Positions 59,396 to 64,000 of a stretch of 64,000 bases of DNA are shown here, piece by piece. The notes below the pieces were generated by a model that had not been told where the DNA came from, did not search any database, and saw nothing but the letters and a program-made list of their open reading frames with translations. Both the position numbers and the translations under genes were made by a program. Position 1 is the first letter of the stretch, and every line of letters starts with the position of its first letter. Source of the DNA: Mobula hypostoma (lineage: Eukaryota); NCBI RefSeq assembly GCF_963921235.1, contig NC_086108.1, forward strand, positions 62,932,001 through 62,996,000. The letters run 5' to 3'.

Positions 59396-62260
59396 CAGGG
59401 TTTCTCAACTGGGGGCCGCAGAACCCTAGGTTCCGTGAGAGGTTGTGATTTAAAAAAACATTGTTTTATTTAAACATAGCACAATGCGCGATGCTAGCAC
59501 TCGCAGTGGTGGGCAGTGACCGAGTAGCCCTGTTAGTGATCTCTGCCCAGTATGGCAATGCGCAGTAGGACCGTGTTGACTTGGTTGAGTCCATTCTCAG
59601 TTTTTGATGCCAGATAGGGGTAGCCGTTGATAGTTGGTGAGTGTTGTATTCCACAGAGGGTTGGACAGTAGGCTGATAGCGGTGAGCGCTGTATTGCACA
59701 GAGGGTTGGATCATAGGCTGATAATTGGTGACTGCTGTATTGCACGGAGGGTTGGATGGTAGGCTGACAATCGGTGAGTGCTGTATTGCGCGGAGGGTTG
59801 GATGGTAGGCTGATAATTGGTGAGAGCTGTATTGCACGGAGGGTTGGATGGTAGGCTGATAATCAGTGAGTGCTGTATTGCACGGAGGGTTGGATGGTAG
59901 GCTGATAATCGGTGAGAGCTGTATTGCACGGAGGATTGGATGGTAGGCTGACAATCGGTGAGAGCTGTATTGCATGGAGGGTTGGATGGTAGGCTGATAA
60001 TCGGTGAGTGCTGTATTACACAGAGGGTTGGATGGTAGGCTGATAATTGGTGACTGCTGTATTGCCCGGAGGGTTGGATGGTAGGCTGACAATTAGTGAG
60101 AGCTGTATTGCACGGAGGGTTGGATGGTAGGCTGACAATTAGTGAGAGCTGTATTGCGCGGAGGGTTGGATGGTAGGCTGACAATTAGTGAGAGCTGTAT
60201 TGCACGGAGGGTTGGATGGTAGGCTGATAATCAGTGAGTGCTGTATTGCACGGAGGGTTGGATGGTAGGCTGACAATCGGTGAGTGCTGTATTGCACGGA
60301 GGGTTGGATGGTAGGCTGACAATTAGTGAGAGCTGTATTGCACGGAGGGTTGGATGGTAGGCTGATAATCAGTGAGTGCTGTATTGCACGGAGGGTTGGA
60401 TGGTAGGCTGATAATCAGTGAGTGCTGTATTGCACGGAGGGTTGGATGGTAGGCTGACAATTAGTGAGAGCCGTATTGCACGGAGGGTTGGATGTTAGGC
60501 TGACAATTAGTGAGAGCTGTATTGCACGGAGGGTTGGATGGTAGGCTGACAATTAGTGAGAGCTGTATTGCACGGAGGGTTGAGGAGCCTGAAGTGTTTT
60601 TTCCAAGCACTGAATGGACTTGCCCAACTTCGGCTGTGATGTCAGCCTCTCCCTCCCGAATTACTTCCCCCAACTTCCCCTTACACGCTGCTGACTGACT
60701 TATGGGAGAGAATAAACTACCAGTGTAGTAGAAAATTGGATGGAACTTCTCATTCTAAAGACAGTCCAGTATGGCAATTTTTAAAGAGGAGGTGTGAGAT
60801 GGCCATAGGCCTGCGGACAATTCTGATAAGAGTAATGATGAAGAATTACAATCTTCTGAGACTTCACTGCACTAGTCCGAAAACAGACCAAAATTATCAG
60901 TCTTTACAAGGAAAGCTACTTATCAATGGGTTTTACATGGACTGGTGATCCAAATTGTCCTATTCTATTGTGCCTAGTCTGTGGCAAACAACCTACAAAT
61001 GTAGCAATGGCTCCAGCAATATTGAAAAGACACTTAACAACAAAGCACAGCAATATAACATGTAAAAGTGCTGATTTTTTAAAAGCCTGTTGGAACCTCA
61101 GAGCAAACAGCTTAAAGCTTTTGAAAATAAGGTCACAGTCAGTATAGGGGATCAGGAAGCAAGTTATTTCGTAGTTTTAAGACCAGTTCACCTGAGAATG
61201 TTTAAAAGACTGAGTGAAAACCTGGACAAAGAGCATACCAATCTCCTGCTCCATACAGAAATCCAGTGGCTTAGCAGAGGAAGAGTTCTCAACAGGGTGC
61301 TCAAGCTGAAAGGTGAATTGCAGGAGGACTTTCAAGAAAATAGTAAGGTCAAATTTTGATGAATGCTTTAAAGATGAAGAGTGGCTGCAGAAACTAGACT
61401 ACTTAACAGACATTTTTCATCATATGAACCGTTGAACAAGTCTCTGTAAGGCCCTGGAGAAAATGTTTTGACTTTCTTGGATTTAAAAGGAAACTGAATC
61501 TTTGGAAAAATCATGTTGCAAAAGGAAATCTTGAAATGCTTCCACTGCTTGAGAGTGAGGAAGGATATCAGAAAGTCTCAAGTCTTATTGAAAACCACCT
61601 GGAAGAACTTCAGAACAAAACTTAACAGTATTTTTTTCTCCCTTTCAACACAAATGTATGACTGGATGAGGGATCCTTTCTCTGAATCTTCTGCTCAGCT
61701 TGATAACTTGACTTTAAAAGAAGAGGGAGAACTTTGTGAGCTGCACTTTGATCATGCACTCAAGATGAGTTTTACTGACCTGCCCCTGAGAAAGGAGGGT
61801 ATCCTGCGATTCATAGGAAAGCAATGGACATTTTGCTGCAGTTTTTGACTTCTTACCTTTGTGAGCAAGCTTTTTCTTGTTTAACCAGCATCAAGAGCAA
61901 AGATAGAAATCGTCTCATTTCAGTTGAAGGTGAAATCTGTGTGGGTTTATCTCAAGTTCAACCCAGATTGAGAAATTTATTATGTTTACCTAATGAGTTT
62001 TCAAAATTTATGAAAGGGAAAGAAAGAGATTAATTTCAAGAAAGTTAAGCTAAGTTTAACTATCTTTTTTTTCTAAAAAGATTGGCTAAAAGATCATTTT
62101 CTACTCAAAAGAGCATTGACAATTATTTTTGGATTGTTATATGTACAACTTACTAGTCACACTAACATACCAGGAGCTGTAGATATAATAATATTTATGC
62201 AGGGATTCTCTGAAGATTATTTCAAGGATTCCTCCAGGGCAGAAGAATTAAGAAAGGCTG
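59396..62260 (+). mobile_element. hAT (Charlie/Buster) DNA transposon, decayed, containing a minisatellite
   Basis: Perfect TSD CTCTAGAG (59388-95, 62261-68); imperfect TIRs CAGGGTTTCTCAA / TTAAGAAAGGCTG. BED finger (CLVCGK..MAPAILKRHLTTKH), LLLHTEIQWLSRGRVL and TSYLCEQAFS motifs. Confidence 0.92.
59626..60583. repeat. 46-bp minisatellite, about 21 copies
   Basis: Unit GAGGGTTGGATGGTAGGCTGA(C/T)AAT(T/C)(A/G)GTGAG(A/T)GCTGTATTGCACG with 46-nt spacing (e.g. 60483, 60529, 60575). Confidence 0.97.
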
Positions 62261-62619
62261 CTCTAGAGAGTGTAGGTAAGTATTTTCAATTTCTTCTCAT
62301 AGAACAATTGGCCAACCCAGGAATCAAACCGATGAACCTTTCTTTCATTTACTGTACCACAGTTATTTCAATAAAGCCATGATAATCCAGCAAATTTGGA
62401 AACTTTTACTGCTGCTGGACTGGCAGATTTTCTAGACAATTGGATGTTATTTCTCATAATACTACTAACTTTTAATTTGCTTACTTTTTTGATGTTACAC
62501 AACATAATAAAGAGTGAACCGGGTGAGATAAAAGGGAATGTAGGAACTGCAGGCCGGGTACCTCAGAAGTTGCACAGTAACAGGGATCCTGGTGATTGGA
62601 AAGGCAGTGTAGGAATTGG

Positions 62620-63520
62620 ACCACAATGACTGAAAAGGGAGTGCAAAGGCTGAGGTCCTGGTGAGTGGAAAGGGAGTGTAGGAACTGGTGCTGGAGTGAG
62701 TGGAAAGGGGGAGTCGGAACCAAGGTCCCAGTGAGTGGGAGGGGAGAGTAGAAACTTGTGCTGCAGTGAGTTGGAGGGGGGAGTAGAAAGTCGTGCTGGA
62801 GTGAGTGGGAGGGGAGAGTCAGAACCAAGGTCCCAGTGAGTGGGAGGGGAGAGTAGAAAGTGGTGCTGGTGTGAGTGGGAGGGGAGAGTAGAAAGTGGTG
62901 CTGGAGTGAGTGGAAAGGAAGTGTAGGAACTGGTGCTGGAGTGAGTGGGAGGGGAGAGTAGAAAGTCGTGCTGGAGTGAGTTGGAGGGGGGAGTAGGAAC
63001 CAAGGTCCCAGTGAGTGGGAGGGGAGAGTAGAAACTTGTGCTGCAGTGAGTGGGAGGGGAGAGTAGAAAGTGGTGCTGGAGTGAGTTGGAGGGGGGAGTA
63101 GGAACCAAGGTCCCAGTGAGTGGGAGGGGAGAGTAGGAACTGGTGCTGGAGTGAGTGGGAGGGGAGAGTAGAAAGTGGTGCTGCAGTGAGTGGGAGGGGA
63201 GAGTAGAAATTGGTGCTGGAGTGAGTGGGAGGGGAGAGTAGAAAGTGGTGCTGGAGTGAGTGGGAGGGGAGAGTAGAAAGTGGTGCTGGAGTGAGTGGGA
63301 GGGGAGAGTAGAAGTTGGTGCTGGAGTGAGTGGGAGGGGAGAGTAGAAAGTCGTGCTGGAGTGAGTGGGAGGGGAGAGTAGGAACTGGTGCTGGAGTGAG
63401 TGGGAGGAGAGTGTCAGAACCAAGGTCCCAGTGAGCGGAAGGGAGCCGGGAGGTTAGGGCCTTGATGAGTGGAAAGGCATTGTGGGAACTGGAACCTCAG
63501 TGAGTGAAAAAGGAGTGTAG
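62620..63520. repeat. 35-bp G-rich minisatellite, about 25 units with variant types
   Basis: Unit GGTGCTGGAGTGAGTGGGAGGGGAGAGTAGAAAGT and variant GGAACCAAGGTCCCAGTGAGTGGGAGGGGAGAGTA; edges degenerate. Confidence 0.95.
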
Positions 63521-63659
63521 CAAACATTACAATGAATCAGATTGGAAACAGATGGCCTTCTGTATCGTGGATGGTGTATCATTGAGGTTGTGCTCTATGT
63601 AGCCTTCCCATATAGGGAGATCAGACCTAATCCAGCTAAGGTCTCAAGTGGGTCTTATG

Positions 63660-64000
63660 TAATTTTAGCAAGATATTTTTGTTCTTACACCCAGGTCCAT
63701 TTGCACTAAGCACTTCATTTGGCTTCCTAATTCTTGCAGTGCCTAAATGTTATTGCATGATTTGTGTACAAGGAATTCCATGTCTCTCTGAACACCAACA
63801 CCTTTAAGTCTCTCACAATTTAAAAAAACCTCTGCTTTTCTATTTTGCTATCTAAGTAAATGACCTCACATTTATCCTTATTATATATACCATCCACCAT
63901 ATCTTTTGTCCATTTACTTAGCCTGTCTATATTATCTTGAAGACTCTGAATCCTTAGACCTGCCCTCCTAAACACATTTTGTATCAGAGACAACAAATGA
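63660..64000 (-). mobile_element. Old CR1 RT fragment
   Basis: Reverse complement gives degenerate KCEVIYL and GVQRDMEFLVHKS-type CR1 sequence. Confidence 0.55.

Noticed and set aside
59466..60673. Repetitive minus-strand ORFs (SAYHPTLRAIQ...) and a possible CRISPR-like array
   Set aside because: Translation of a 46-bp tandem repeat. Units are contiguous with no unique spacers, there are no cas genes, and the context is eukaryotic.
62481..63423. 286-aa Pro/Ser/His-rich ORF resembling a mucin or extensin
   Set aside because: Artefact of a stop-free strand of the 35-bp minisatellite; the unit is not a multiple of 3 and there is no splice context.
63680..63760. Possible next FGGY exon after ttcttacacccag
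   Set aside because: Does not encode the expected PGVWGPY peptide; it is antisense CR1 remnant.

Overview
Vertebrate genomic DNA, most likely a cartilaginous fish (ray or shark, inferred from HE1-like SINEs and CR1, Rex-Babar and Neptune repeats). The window lies inside the FGGY carbohydrate-kinase gene (+ strand). Only two small coding exons were found (35125-35253, 129 nt; 53915-54018, 104 nt), separated by an 18.7-kb intron; neither appears in the ORF track. Most of the rest is decayed, heavily nested transposable elements: Gypsy LTR elements (including a Gmr1-type element with integrase before RT), L1, CR1, Rex-Babar and RTE LINEs, a Neptune Penelope-like element, Tigger, Tc1 and hAT DNA transposons, SINEs and two minisatellites. 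The most notable signal is a family of minimal hammerhead-ribozyme motifs. One sits in the Penelope-like element's terminal repeat, and related copies are scattered as short dispersed or fold-back units, one of which has its own target-site duplication. Other notable items are templated insertions at LINE 5' junctions, two non-coding retroposons without tRNA heads, and inverted CR1 copies bracketing a FGGY exon. No intact novel protein-coding system was found. Family assignments come from motif recognition by eye, not database searches.
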